This document shows, one piece after another, positions 9,456 to 41,200 of a stretch of 64,000 nt of DNA. The number at the start of each line of letters is the position of its first letter. The first letter of the stretch is position 1. Origin of the DNA: Bugula neritina (Eukaryota; Animalia; Bryozoa); the NCBI GenBank assembly GCA_964035545.1, contig OZ037765.1, positions 20,956,995 through 21,020,994 of the forward strand. The letters run 5' to 3'. The notes below the pieces were generated by a model that saw nothing but the letters and a program-made list of their open reading frames with translations, was not told where the DNA came from and did no database searches. Position numbers and translations under genes: made by a program.

Positions 9456-12133
9456 GTCGGGTCAATTAAAATTAAGATTTGTTTATGTAAAAAGTAGTTG
9501 CCATTTGCATTCACAACTGTTGCTCAAAACTAAGAGCACACTACATGTGGCCTTTCCTGATAAAAGTTTATTGGTGTTTTCATCCAACTTACATTAGGGG
9601 TGTAACTTTGACTTAATAAGGTAGATATTCTTGCTTTACTATTCTCTTTTTGAAAATTTTAGTGAATATATAATCATGGCAATTCTATAGGAATAACAAA
9701 ATCAAACTTGGTATTTATAAAAATAACTAAAGCAAGTATACTTCACATTGTTTAATTAGTTAAGTATTTTCATCAATGTGTAAAAGTTAATACTTGGAAA
9801 CTATAAAATATTATGATCACTCTTATAACAATATTTAGTTAAATTTCTATGACCGCTCAATATCAGCTGAGCTATTTTATTTCTTAGCTGATTTTAGTTT
9901 CTATTTGAGATTAATAATAAACATAAATGAACTATTTGTATTTGTATAGTTATGCATACTCAACAAGCACTATAATTTTTAGTACCTTAACGCATTGGGG
10001 ATTTTTGCTTGAGTAATTAATGTTTAGTATAAAAAGTATCAAAATATTTTTAATCAAATTAGCAAAAATATATGAAATCTAGACAACAAACCATTATAGG
10101 CTGCATTTAGTTTAAGACATACAGAATTTTCAAGCTATACTATAAAATTTCAGAAAGAAAAACTTGAATGAGGCTGTTTTTGAAGAACAAGAAGAGATTC
10201 GGCTAAATCCAGCAGTTCAGAAACAATTAATCTGTGTTTTTGACAATATAGTTCCAATTTTATGTCTTATAATTTTAATAACAAAACGTTTGAATAACTT
10301 GCTGCATTGTTTTTATACATTCACTAGGTATCTAACTTGAGATTTTACAATGTCTGTAACCTGTAATAACTTACTCTTTCCTTGCTTCAGATACATTCAC
10401 TTTAAAGATGTGAGTGGAGTTCAGGTGGAGGTAAACAAAACATTAGAATCAATGAAAGGAAAAGAACCGAATTTGCTAAAAAGCTTGAAATTGCTATTGT
10501 AAGATTTGTGAAAAAATTTCCGGAAACTAAAAGATGAATTTTTACGTGGTTTGGAGAGGTTAGCCATATTGTAATTAGTTGCTCAGGTGTGTATATATAT
10601 AAGCTTATCTGTTAGTTATATCTATGGATTTTTGTTATAATCAAGGTTATCATAGTTTAATCATTATTTGCCATAACTATTAAAGAAAGCTATTTCCCAT
10701 CACTATAACAGTCATTTTTGTAATTGCAGTAATCAGCTTAAATAATCAGCAAAAATAATAGTTTTCAGAGATAGGCATGAATTAAAAATGCATGTCAATT
10801 ATTTTTAGAACATACTGCTTCAACTTGCTATATTATGTACCTAGTAATAGTTTTTTATTCATAATAGCTTGCTATGCTTTAGTATTTTGTAGCTGTTTTT
10901 TTCAAGCTATAAAACCTTTTGTATCTATATAAACTATATTCTTTTTGATTTATATATAAATTACACACAATATTGATGATCAAACACCATAAAAATTTTC
11001 TCCATTTTACAATACACCAACAGCTCCATGCAGTATGACAAAAATTAAGCTAATCTTGTTTTTTACCTAAGGTAAACTTAAAACTTATATTTACAAAAGT
11101 TTCAAACTAAAAATATTTCAACTGCATTTTTACATTGTAGCATAAACACATAAATAGTATGATATAGCAGAACAGTATACATGCATAGACTTGTGCAACG
11201 ATACCCGTATGTATTATTCCAGTAGTAAAAAATTGAAGTTGCTGAATGATTTTCTAATAATTTTTGTTTTCTCAAAACAGAACCCTCCGACATGATTATG
11301 CAGTCTATTTTTTACAAGCACAGTATGAAAGCCTTTGTTTTATTAAAAAAAGCTATAATAATATAGCTTAATAGTCATCTTCAATTTAAACTAAGCAGTA
11401 GTCTGAAGGTGCTCCTGTACCTGTAGTATATATCAGAACTCTTTGAACCGTAACAGTTATAGAAACTATGTTGAAAATTATATTTTAGTAAATTAAAAAT
11501 AATTGAATTAAATTATTATATAAAAAAACACCAAAGTAACCAAAATTACAGTTTTGCAATAAAAAAATATATAAGGAAGCATATCACAAAATATATAGCT
11601 ATTGTTAAGAAACAAATCATAGTCAAAATTTTATGCAACGAGTCATTCTAATTTTTTCTTGAGCCATTTGTCAACAAGTATGCTGCAAAATATAATACAA
11701 TTCTTAAAGTACGTATATTTGTCTTGTAAAAACCATAGTTTAAAACTGTTCTAGAAATAGTCATATTTTAATCAGGTATAAATAGATAGCTGTAAGTTAC
11801 TTTCAATTATGATTCAAATTCAATGAAGTTGGTTGACAATTTCTTGACTTGAGCAAATATGAAGAACTTTTCAAAATAAACTGGAGGCTAAATGCATGTG
11901 TGCTATAAACAACAATTTGGATGACTAAACCACCAGGGCATTGAAATTGTAGAATTGTGCTTCTGTTGTTATTGGAGTTATGACATCATAGCTTTTAGTG
12001 CAGATATAGCTGAGAACTGAATACACATGTGAACAGCTGGGGACCTAGTGGAAACCTAGATAGTTGTGCTAATATTACATAAATACCTTAAAATAAGCTT
12101 GTAAATGGCTTACTGAAAATAGAATTTCTGAAA

Positions 12134-29547
<17,414 letters not shown>

Positions 29548-29908
29548 ATTTTCTTCGTTCTCGAAACCTGTCATTTAAAATATTATTGCACATCAATTGT
29601 TTTATCTTCTACAGAAAATCAGAATCCAGCATGATTTTAATGATAAAACTGATAATTCAATTGCAAACACACATATGCATACGCACGGACAAACAAGTGC
29701 GTGTGTGCGTGTATATTCATAGCTGGTGAGACCAATAAATATAACTATGAGCTTGTGTTACACTTTCTAGGAGAAAAGAAGTTTGATTCAGCGTGCCTGC
29801 AAGCTCGCAGCAAATCAGATCAGAGAAGTTTGTGTGTCTAGAGTTGACTGCATATGAAAATTACAAAAGTTTTATATTAAATGAAGGTATTAAACTCTTA
29901 CAGCATAA

Positions 29909-30262
29909 TTGTATCGGTTTTGTGTTACTTTAACTACTAACCAACTTGGCAACAGGTTTTCAAGTTTATTTACTCTCAAATCGTACCAATATTGATGCAT
30001 AGATAAACTTCTTTGCCATCACAATGCCAAAACCGATGGTCTATTCTCACAAAGAGTGTAAATATTGGAGTCTAACTTTGTGCTCGTATAATGCTAAAAA
30101 TGCTCCTCTTTGGCGGTTTGATTATGACACACTGACTCATGCAGTACAGTGAATTATAGCACTAGCCCTGCCAGCTAATAATAGCTTTGGTGAAAGCTTT
30201 AAAGCCTGAAAGCTTTAATGATTGGCGGCATGCCAATACATCTGGGTGGCATACCAATACAA
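29909..30262. mobile_element. Possible MITE-like insertion (about 350 bp) in gene B intron 1
   Basis: Absent from the colinear gene A intron (about 5420). Ends ttgtatcggt ... accaatacaa form a 9/10 inverted repeat. Confidence 0.4.
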
Positions 30263-30475
30263 TAATATTATGCTAAACAACCAGCTCAACTTTTTATGCA
30301 CATCTCACAAAAAAGCAAAGATCTTTAGAAGACATTCTGATTCAATAGTTCTCAATCTACATTTTGTTACATTGATTAGATAAATTATACAAATAAACTC
30401 TATCTGTCTTTTCTCTAACATACAGATAAATTATTAACTCAACTTATCAATGTCTCATAGCAACTGCTGACTTAC

Positions 30476-30545
30476 CTTTATTATAGTTGAATTTCTGTTT
30501 TACAAGGCTTTGCTTTATTCCTTCCTCATCTTTATCCTCTAAGGA
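30476..30545 (-). other. Putative non-coding 5'-UTR exon of gene B (5' boundary unknown)
   Basis: Donor AG|GTAAGT at 30476/30475; conserved with 5633-5700. Confidence 0.55.
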
Positions 30546-30894
30546 CTCAAATGTAATCAGCTTCGTCATGTGAGCACATTTTGTACTAGAATATGATCGA
30601 TTTGTTATTATAAGTTTTCAGCATTGTTTTACAGTACAAGCGTTCATACAAACACACCTTAGTAAGATGTTTATTCACTTTGGTTAGTATTATTTGACCT
30701 TTTGTTAATTAATTAATTCAATTTCCTTATAAGATTTTGAAAGAATATTTTTCTAAGTTGATATTGATTCTTTCAACCATAGCATGTAGAGTTAGTGATA
30801 ACCTGCACCACTTCATCCCTATACACTGTTGAGTTGGTTCAGTGTTTATTATTATATTTAGCAAATAAATGTAGATCTATCAGATCAAAATATA

Positions 30895-31096
30895 GGGAGC
30901 AGCTGTGATTTAGGGGTTAGAGCATTTGCTAATCAGTAAACACAATTCATGGGTTCACACCCCATTAAAGGCCATTGGTGATGTTAAAAAGAGCATCCAG
31001 TCATAATTGCCCCTGTGTCCCATCTGAATAAGCCCTTAGCTCTATTTAACCAAAAACCTTTTCTATCAAATGTTTTCTCACAGGAATGGCAACTAT
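30895..31096 (+). mobile_element. tRNA-derived SINE, near full-length copy (about 200 bp)
   Basis: gggagcagctgtg...ggttagagcatttgct...gggttcacaccc...gatgttaaaaagagcatccagtcataattgc...; homologous to the copies at 6825, 16185 and 35066. Confidence 0.75.
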
Positions 31097-31197
31097 GTAT
31101 GTTAAACCAAGCATATAAATTAAAAGATGGCTATCGATTTTCCATACAATGTATGGGGATAGATATTTTAAATAACAAAGTACACATTTTACATATA

Positions 31198-31582
31198 TAG
31201 GTATAGGTAGTTAGGTAGTTAGGTAGTTAGGTAGTTAGGTAGGTAGGTAGTTAGGTAGTTAGGTAGTTAGGTAGGTAGGTAGTTAGGTAGTTAGGTAGTT
31301 AGGTAGGTAGGTAGGTAGGTAGTTAGGTAGTTAGGTAGGTAGGTAGGTAGGTAGTTAGGTAGGTAGGTAGGTAGGTAGGTGGGTGGGTGGGTGGGTGGGT
31401 GGGTGGGTAGGTAGGTAGGTAGGTAGGTAGGTAAGTAGGTAGGTAGGTAGGTAGGTAGGTAGGTAGGTAGGTAGGTAAGTAGGTAGGTAGGTAGGTAGGT
31501 AGGTAGGTAGGTAGGTAGGTAGGTAGGTAGGTAGGTAGGTAGGTAGGTAGGTAGGTAGGTAGGTAGGTAGGTAGGTAGGTAG
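31198..31582. repeat. (TAGG)n / (TAGTTAGG)n / (TGGG)n compound microsatellite
   Basis: Seen directly. Confidence 0.97.
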
Positions 31583-31660
31583 TGAAACTTTTTTCCATTC
31601 TGGGTTTTGAACCCCAGACCTTGCAAGCTATAGCTTGCTAACCATCACACCACATAGGCT
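31583..31660 (-). mobile_element. tRNA-like SINE head on the minus strand, running into the (CTAC)n array
   Basis: Minus strand reads agcctatgtggtgtgatggttagc...ggtctggggttcaaaacccagaatgg, with A-box-like TGGTGTGATGG and B-box-like GGTTCAAAACC; no intact cloverleaf seen. Confidence 0.5.
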
Positions 31661-34600
31661 ACATGCTACGGAATTTCACCACTACATAGCCACCATCTTT
31701 AGGTGAACAGATATTGTAACCTATATTGTTTTTGAAGAAAAGCTTTATACATAATGTGATCTAATCAAGTAAACCGTACTTACTTTTACTTTTGCACAAT
31801 ATAAGCTGCTGTTTAGCAACATTAAAATATTTATCCTCTTTATAGAATTTAAGTTATTGTATGCCCATTGAGTTAATATTGTTAATGCTGAATGTCAAAG
31901 AGTCTGTTTTTAAAGTAAATATTTTTGTATAACGTTTGACTAGCTTTTGTACACTTGATTAAATTTCAAATGTTTTAGCTAAAGATTGAATAAGACCAAG
32001 GTTTACATTATTTATGGTTGGTTTTGCATATATGGATATTGCATTACTCAGTAAGATTCCTACAAATATGTAGTTGGTTATTTCCAGGTTTGGTAAACTT
32101 TAAATCTACATTCCAAGTTTAAATTTAAAGCAATTTAATTACCATGGGATGAGCAAAGTACTTCAGGCTAACAGAAATGGGTATAAAATCTGCTTAATTA
32201 GGAATGACTTCTTCATGACAATTTATAACAACCACTTTAACTTTGCACTATAACTACTGAAGTGTCAAATAATATGTCATCGCTGAAGTTTGTATGAAAT
32301 AGCATCAATTACTTAAATGTTAGAATACGTTTAACTTTTTTTCTGCTATTTTTTTTCAAATTATAGTTTTCATGCAGCTATGTAACCAGTGGAGAGGGTT
32401 ATTAAAGAACTTTATGAAATATATGCTTTTCTGTTTCATTTTTTCAAAATTACTTTTGTATGCCAGTTTTGAACACCTAAGCAGGTAGCATGCATGTTTA
32501 CAATCCATTAGGTTTATCGAGACATGTTCTATGTAATTTAAGAGCCTTTTTCTATAGGCTATATATTGGCTTTTCTTAACCAAGCCTACATAGCCTTTTG
32601 GTGACTAGTGCCTTTCCAAATTAATGAACAAATACTTGATTTCATACATCCTTGCTACCTTCTAAGAACAATTATAGCACTGTTAAAACTGCGTGAGAGC
32701 TGTGGAAATGCTTTCTGGTACTAAATGCCATATATTAGATAGCATTTTCACAGCATTGAAAGTTGAAAATAAAAGAAAATGAAATGTATTTCGGCTAGAA
32801 ATGCAATATTTATGTTGCTGTTTTTTATTGCATAATAAAGAAAATCTGTGAGTATTGGTAGCTGTACCAAATGAGCAGAGAGCCAGTTTTGACAGGGGGG
32901 ATACAAATAGGGAGGTAAAGGCGATAGCAGACTGTTACATGCACATCTAGCAGTCATGACTATATATACTCATCAGTGAAATATAATATTGTCAAAGCTC
33001 AATCAAAAGCTTGTTCAGCTTTAATAGAAAGCAAGCACAAAAGAAATAAAAAATATACTTATTGCATTACTATAAATTGCATGCTTTCTTTTTAAGTATG
33101 CAATTAAAAAATCAATAACTTTCAAAAAACATTTTAGCCTACTTCATCAGCAAGTGCTGAGGCAGTGCATAATATTATCATGTTATCATGCATTATTAAT
33201 TTCAATATGTTGCTAGTTATATTCAGTTCCTATGTAATGATTATTCTGTTTATGGTGGATTTGAATGCCAACTTTGAATATAGAAAAAAACTGTTTCAAG
33301 TAATTTTTAGGCTACCTATTGATATGCTCATCTTCAAAAACTTAATATATGTGACATAGTTATATGTCACATATTCCATGTGACATTACTTATTAATATC
33401 ATCTCGATGATACTAATAAATAGTCTGACAAATTCTATGTGACACTATCATGTGAATGGTAAGAACTTTTGGCAATAACAAAACAGCCTATTATGTAATC
33501 CAATAATATAGTTCATTTTATACTGTGATATTTACATTTAATACTTGTCCATGTATACGTACATATTTTATTTTTTGTAACTTTGATGCTTGTGAATCTC
33601 TGTTCTCGTCATTCTTTCCGATATACGTCTTAGTCCTTGCAGTAACAATAAATATTTATGCAAGACACAAATCTAGCTGCCATACTTTTGGTACAAGGTG
33701 CTGTTAACTTGTGTGTTATAGATAAAGAATAACCAATTGAACACACTTATGAGGCATTTGACCACAGTTATTATTAATCTTTGCATCATTGTAGTTATAT
33801 GCATAATTTTAGAGAAGAAGAGGTTGATAGGTATATCATCACATTTACAGGACAACTGCAGCATTAAAATAAAGGTATAAGAGTTAACAATGCGAGAGTG
33901 AGAGTACTGCAGTAAGCTAGAGTATGCAAAAAATAATAGTCAAATAATAAAAGTATGAAATTACACAATAGAGGTATGACACTGAGTAATGAGGATAGCG
34001 GAAAAGGAAATTTAAATTAGGTAAGGAAATGAATAAGAGCAAATAATAAATTAATAATTGACATATGAAAGCTTTTTGTGGGCATCGAGGTGAAATAATG
34101 AGAAATTGTTTTTTGACTATTTGGTACTTTATAGAAAACTTTTATTGAATATAGGTTTACTTAGTTGAGCCAAAAGATTTTTTGTAATTGCAAAAAAACT
34201 TGGTTTAATTAATTTTTATTTGTTCACTTTGTTGAATATCATAAATGTAAAATCAAAGCACTTCTACAGTTCTATAGTTAATATTTTTTTCATTTTTTTT
34301 TAAACAAATATATTTTGTTTTATAGATCAGCAATTGATTAATTTTAAAAGAGATTTAGTGCAAGTATTGTTGCTTTGACACGATAGTATAGCTATATATA
34401 GTTGTACTATACAACTCGAAAAAGTTTTTGTGCAACAAATTATATGCGTTTAGCAACTGCACGTAGCCTACTGTTGCAAAACATACAGTTTTAATAGTCA
34501 TGAAGTTATGTTTTGGTAGATTAAAATATATTTAGCAATTATAATTAACTTCACAAAATTCACGAAACCCAGGATTACAGTTGGTTTCACCCCTAAGCTT

Positions 34601-35065
34601 AATGTTTAAACTCTAGATGATATATAAAATTAAATGAACTTATTTCTATACTTTATTTACTTTAAATTAAATTTAAAGTTTAGAAGAATATATTAGACAT
34701 GTATAATAGTATCATTCATACAAATAACAATTTAAATTACAAGCTTATTATAAATTCATATCCAATAAATATAATAACAGAAATAAAGTTTCATTTTTAA
34801 GTTGAAACAATAAATATTTTATCTCTCTATTCATATGTGTTATTCTTATAAATTTCATTATAATACATGAATAATTTGCTAGTAAAATCTCATGCAACTA
34901 TGATGAATACGTTAAATAAAGATATTTGCATTTGTTTTATTTTGTTATATTTGGTCAAGAGTAAGAGCAAAAAGATACATGATATAACAGCAAAAAAAAA
35001 TAATAATGGTAAAGCTCTTTATGGTGCAATAGCATTGTAGCCAAGCCTGCATGAACGATTGACAT

Positions 35066-35247
35066 TAGGGGTTAGAGCATTGCCTTGGTAAACGAGAGAT
35101 CAAGGGTACCATCCACAGTAAAGGCTATTAGTGATGTTAGGAAGAGCATCCAGTCACAATTGCTCCTGTGCCTCATCTGAACAAGTCCTTAGCCCAATCT
35201 AACTAAAACCATTTCCATCAGGGGTTTTTCACCGGGATAGTGACTAT
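35066..35247 (+). mobile_element. tRNA-derived SINE copy
   Basis: taggggttagagcattgcc...gatgttaggaagagcatccagtcacaattgctcctgtg...aagtccttagcc...gggatagtgactat; same family as 30895-31096. Confidence 0.75.
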
Positions 35248-38200
35248 CTAAACTTGCACGAGTTTTTAAATATTTTAAGAAATTCTATTTTGACTGTTTC
35301 AAAAAGAAAATGTTCTTGACTTGCCCTTTTTTATCAAACTATAGGCTGTTTTTTAAAAATATATAATATTATATTTAATTGCCCAACAGAAAATAATGTG
35401 ATAGATAAGATGTTGGTACCTCACATAACTATTATATTGGATTTGTCTGTTCTTTTGCATTGCTGTTTAGGTGTGACGACAACTGACAAGCATGCAAAGG
35501 TTTGAACCCTTTCAACATTTTAAATAAAAATAATATATTATATTTTAGGTATTCTAAAAACTATTTTAACATCAAAATAATTATGAGAAAATTTGAATTT
35601 TAATCATGCAAAGAAGTTTTCTTTTGTAAAAACTGGTAGGGCTGACTCTTCAGCTTGATGATGCATGCAATTAAAGATATTGACAGAACAAGGACGAAAC
35701 ATTACATGTGTTACAATGCAAAGTAAAGAAAGTTCTTCAGTGTTGTAATTTTCTACATTCTTGAGAATTATATATTAATTTGTTTATTATCATTTAATAT
35801 TTTGCATCATTTTATGTGAGGGAACACAATTTCTCTAATCTAATGCATCACCTTTATTGTTGCAGTAAATATGAAAAGTGAATAACTTCAACGAAACTGT
35901 AATCCGAGATTGTATATTTACACTATATTATAATGTTATGCCTGATAAATTACTATTTCGACATTTAAAAATTAATTTATAAAGTATTGAAAAGCTTTTG
36001 TCTAAACAATATTATCTCAATTATATACTAAAGCTTTTATTGTTTAGTAAAAATATATCATCTACTCAAAATTGTTCAGCAACAATTTTTATTTTTAGTT
36101 ATTTTGCTTTTGGATACTATAATTTGCTCTAATGACATTATTTTTACAATTTTCTAATAAATATAACATTTTATTACTTTATGTATAGCATCAAAATACA
36201 ATTACTAAAAACGATTACAAAATATTTCAATATTTGTGGTGGAAATAATATATACAGTCTAATTTTAATTTAATTAATAAGACAAAATGAAATAATTGTT
36301 TTATTTTTAGTTACTGGCAACCTGCAACATATCAAAGCAGCAGTAAATTTTTAACTATACAGTGGTCATCAATATTTAAAGTCAACTACGTTGAGATAAC
36401 TATCAGACAGTTTACTAACTTGAGATAAAGAGTTGTCTTATTTTATTATTTTGTGGTTACCCATAATACAATGTAATGATTCTTTTTTCCTGTTCCTTTT
36501 TTCGTGCATATAAAGGCCGATGGTTCTGTGAATTACAATAATTTACTCGCAATAATTAGTATTTCTAAAATGACATCAGTTTCTTTCTCAACAAACTGTA
36601 ATTTTTAACCTATACAAAAGTCAGTAAAAAGCTGTCTGTGCATGCAGCCAGAATATTGCTTTTTATCGACAAAATTCATTCATAATTTAAAACATGCTAT
36701 TATCAATGTGGTAATTATAATTAATCTGACTATATCACAACATTAGACCACAAATTTATAGGAAGGTAATCACTCTAATATGGTAACTGTATTTTTATTC
36801 TTCAACAAATATTAAGGGTTTTACGTCAATCACTGACACCACTATTCTTTGAATGTATATAATAAAACAAATTTTATATAAGTTATGTGCACTCAGACAG
36901 CTCAATAAAAATGGTTACATATTTGTTATATATTGGATGTATTTGTTATTACTATATTGGTATTCCTTTGAAAATACTTATTTTTACTTTTTATAAAAGT
37001 GCTTTCTTCTTTATTAGATGTTCTTAAAGCACAAATTAATCACAAAATTCTTCAACTGTGTTGTCATTTGTTTTTGCCTTTGTAATTAAATAATTATAAT
37101 GCTTTCTTGTTCAATAAAGCCTTAAGCCTTATTAGTATTATTATCTCTAACATAAATAGTGAGCTTTGATTTGATAATATAGTTCATCATTAAAAAAAGT
37201 GCCAAAGATAAATTGAGCTTGCTGAATATTTATTTCATGTATACAGTTTGTTCATAAACTGCAGCTAAAATCAACTACATTATTTAACCTCGCAATTATA
37301 ATTTGAAAATAATTCTTATTTAATCGTAAATACTTAGGGTCGCACAAACAGGTGGAGGCTCACTTTTCATCGGATTAAGGAAGTTTATATTTCATAATAT
37401 GGCCTCAATTTTGAGGCATCCTCTAAGTAAGCTGGCTTAAGCCACCAAAATGGAAGGTCGCTGTAAAAATTTCATTTGTATCAATGCATTGCTTTTATTC
37501 AATACATAAATTTTATTATGGCAATAGCAGCTTAGTTTATTGTTTGTGAACTAGAACCCTAAATACTATGCGTTTTGATAAAAAAAAACATTTAAAGCAC
37601 TATAGTCAAAAATAACTTTTTAAATTGTATTGATTAAAATTTTCGAGCCCACAATTAAAAAATTGGCCTCTTACGTAGTATGAATTTTTATGATTGAATA
37701 CAAACAGGTCTCTTTGTTTTGGTAGTCAAAGCATTTCTGGGCTCTAGGTGACCATATCCTCAGGTGAGTCAATCAAAGCAAGCAATGTTTGAATTAGCAG
37801 AGCTGAGGTTTCATACATCGTTAGGTAATTAGGTCTTTGTATATTCTTGTGCTTGAAATGAAGTGAAAGAGTGCAAGAAAATTAAAAGTTGTTATTCCTC
37901 AACAAAATAAGTTAATAAATGGTACGCCAATTTAATTTTTGCATAAACAACATATGCACACGCAAAGGCGCTCTTGTGTGTGCATGCATGTGTGCATGAG
38001 TGTGTGCGGTGTATGAATGTCTGATTTGCAGAAGAATTGTATAGTATACATATATTCTAATTGGTTATATAAATTCCAGCTGTATTTCTTTTAAATATTT
38101 TTATAACAAGTTTCTAGGGTAGAACATTAATTTGTATTTTAATCAAAACAAATTTGGGGCATTGTAATATATTTTTAATAGCATTTGTGAAGCTTTTTTG

Positions 38201-41200
38201 TTTAGTTTACTAAGTATACCAATTAAGTTATAAATTTTAACTATAATTAAAAAAATATGTTTATTTATATTATTTTAGAGAACAACGCTGCATTTTTTAT
38301 AAAATTTATTATTTTAGCCTACTTCTACATTTCAAATATTAGGGTTGATGTGGAACCAGGTTTGAGTTTGAGGTTGGTGTTTAAGGGTTGTGGAATTTTG
38401 ATTTTGGGTGGGGGATTTGGGGATTGGGAAAATTCAACATCAGTGTACTATTTTTACCTACTTTCTAAAACTCGCCCATAAGCAGAAAAAAAATTTTTAT
38501 TTTAAATTTCAATGCAACTGCAGTTTAAGAAAATACTAAGGCTTCTAAAGAATCCACTCAATCTTTTATAACTTCAATTAAAATAGTTTCATCCCTTCCT
38601 AACTGCATTATATTACTTATATGACACCACTTTCCCATCGGAAGTATTTGTTGACTTTGGTGGTAGCAAATGGCACACTGAAAAGCTCTTGAAGCTTTAT
38701 ACAATATATTTGCAGAAACATATTTCCAATAATTGTATTTCATTCACATGATGATAAGCATATGAAGCATATTTGTTAGAGATCCTTGTGGATGAATGAA
38801 AGATTGTTTATTAGTCTCTATGTACATATGCACAATGAGCCCATAGCAATTGTTTGCCTTGCAGTAAACTATATTTGTAAAACTGTATTTGCTAAACAAA
38901 TAGTACTTCAATAGAAATAGAAATGCTTTGATTTTACTTCTAATTTTATGCAGCTACTTGAAGCAGTCATACACAAGTGAGTTCGTCTTCCACAAGTAAG
39001 TTGTCATTCATTCTCGCTTCTAAAATTTAAAGCTGACATATTTCTTACTAATACGCTTTATTATTCTCATGGCTGTTTGAATTTTAAAAAAATGTATTTG
39101 TTAATTTTCATAATTTAGATTGAACATTGAATACTAGTCTAATGTATTATTTTGCAAGTCGCTGCTACTATTTCCAAAAGAATTCATAAATATAAATATT
39201 CAAGGTCATGTACTAAATTCAATGATCTGCATAAGATATTGTTATTTTGTCACACTAAAATATTTGTAGTAAACTATTTTTGCAAGTTTGCTATTTATGT
39301 ACATTGTTTCCGTAATAGGCAACAAACATGAAATCAGCCTGAACCATATATAGCATGACATATATTACATGACATTTTACAGCAAATTCAAAATAAAATA
39401 ATATAATGTAGTCATTAAGTAGTGAAAACATGAACTTGCTTACTTATCACTTTCCAGCTAAACAGAGTTATGTTTACTACAACATTTTTTTTAATTTCAT
39501 TAAATTCATATTCTATTAAATTAACTTATTCAATAAATTCACTATTAGTCTATTAAAAACTTGTAGGTAGAGTGCATTATCTTAACACATTTGCCCCTCT
39601 CTATATCAAACAACTCTTACTCACATGATCTCTTGTAAATAATTCAATGTCACACTTTAAAACTTTCAAATGCGTTGCTTCAAAGTTTTGAGTGTTAAAT
39701 GTTAATTGTCTTTTGATCTCCTTTCTACTATAGTTTTAACTTTTAACAAAAACATTGAAATAATTTTTCCATCAGGTCTAAAAAAATCAAAAATTACACT
39801 TCTAAGCTATGTGCTTTTATTTTTAATCAAACAACCAAACTGGCTTGCAGTATCACAATTACTATACATTGCTCTAATTAATTAATTATTTAGTAGCATC
39901 ATCCAATGCAATCGTTCTATAAGCTTGTAGAATAACAATACTCTGATAGAAAATGCAAGGTTTAAAGTAACTTATTGAGTTTAGGAATTGCACTTCTTTT
40001 GCATTAATGTTATGGTTTCCTTTATGATGTGCAGCTGACCTGTTATTTGATTGTTTTGATATTTTTTCCCTCTGCCTAAGCGAAGCTATAAACTGTGGGC
40101 CATGCTTGCAGTGCAAAAGAAAGTCTGTCAATTCAAATAAATTTGGTTGCTATAATAATATTCATTTATTTAACTATACAAATAAGTCGGATGAAAATAC
40201 ACACACTCAACTTTTTACAAATGCAAAATTGACTGATCGTCAAATCTTTTAAGTAGTACTGCGTACATATACACTGTAAATTTAATAAAGTTATAATAAT
40301 TTAATGTGAGGGATAAAATATATATAAATATGAAACATATAGATATATGAATATATAAATATATAAATTACTGTGACAGCCGATAATGGTTACTGTATCA
40401 GCTGATAACTGTCAGTAAATAGCTATCGCAAAAGCTTTCACAAATAGCTTTCGTTACACAATGTGTGTGCGCTTGTGCATGCAGATGTACACATATACAT
40501 ATATATATATATAACGCATGTATACGTCGATATGTGTGCATTATTTTATATATAGAATTTAATTGGTCTAGTATGTCACATACACAGAACTTATAAAAAA
40601 AAAGAGTTTTCGATCTCATTTGCAACTGAAATGCATTAAAAGCAGCTAATAAATATTGGTTTAATAAATTGACTGTGGACTTGCTGAAGCATGCAAATAG
40701 ATTACAGAATAATTATTCAATGAGCAGAAAATATTTCAACATATTATGTTAACAATATTTAAAAAATAACTTATTTGGCTATCAGAAAGTATATTTTTGT
40801 CTAGTGTTACTTTTATATGTATTAATACTTATATTATAGTAGTTGATCATTCAAAACAATATTTATAAAAAATTGTAACGTAATTTAATTTACTAATAAA
40901 TATCTATAATGTCAGGATATAGCCTAATGCTATCTTTTGCGTGTTATATGTTGATATTATATTATAGATTCAAAGTTGTGATACAAAGCAGAAAACCAGC
41001 AGTTGACTGAAAACCAGGCCACTTTCAATCAAATTCTCCCAACGTACCTCTGAGAGTTAAGATAAAAGGTGTACATTATATTTGAATAGTTGCTTTTTCT
41101 AGTGTTTTAATTTATCGCAAATAGTCATAAAAATATTAAATAGCTCATGTGAACGGCAGTGACCATCGGTAAGAAACTTAAATACAAAAAATTAATTATC

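Noticed and set aside
11900-12056. Possible extra terminal exon of gene B after acceptor tctag at about 12056
   Set aside because: The available phase-1 donor would add only GFH-stop, and there is no homology support; the C-terminus cannot be resolved without transcripts.
31700-41100. Short ORFs in the B-C intergenic region, including the G-rich patch at 38340-38430
   Set aside because: AT-rich, no recognisable domains or consistent exon chains; no gene could be supported.
41050-41175. Possible 5'-UTR exon of gene C (donor CG|GTAAGA at 41168, GATAA motif at about 41061)
   Set aside because: Plausible by analogy with A and B, but there is no sequence homology or other support.
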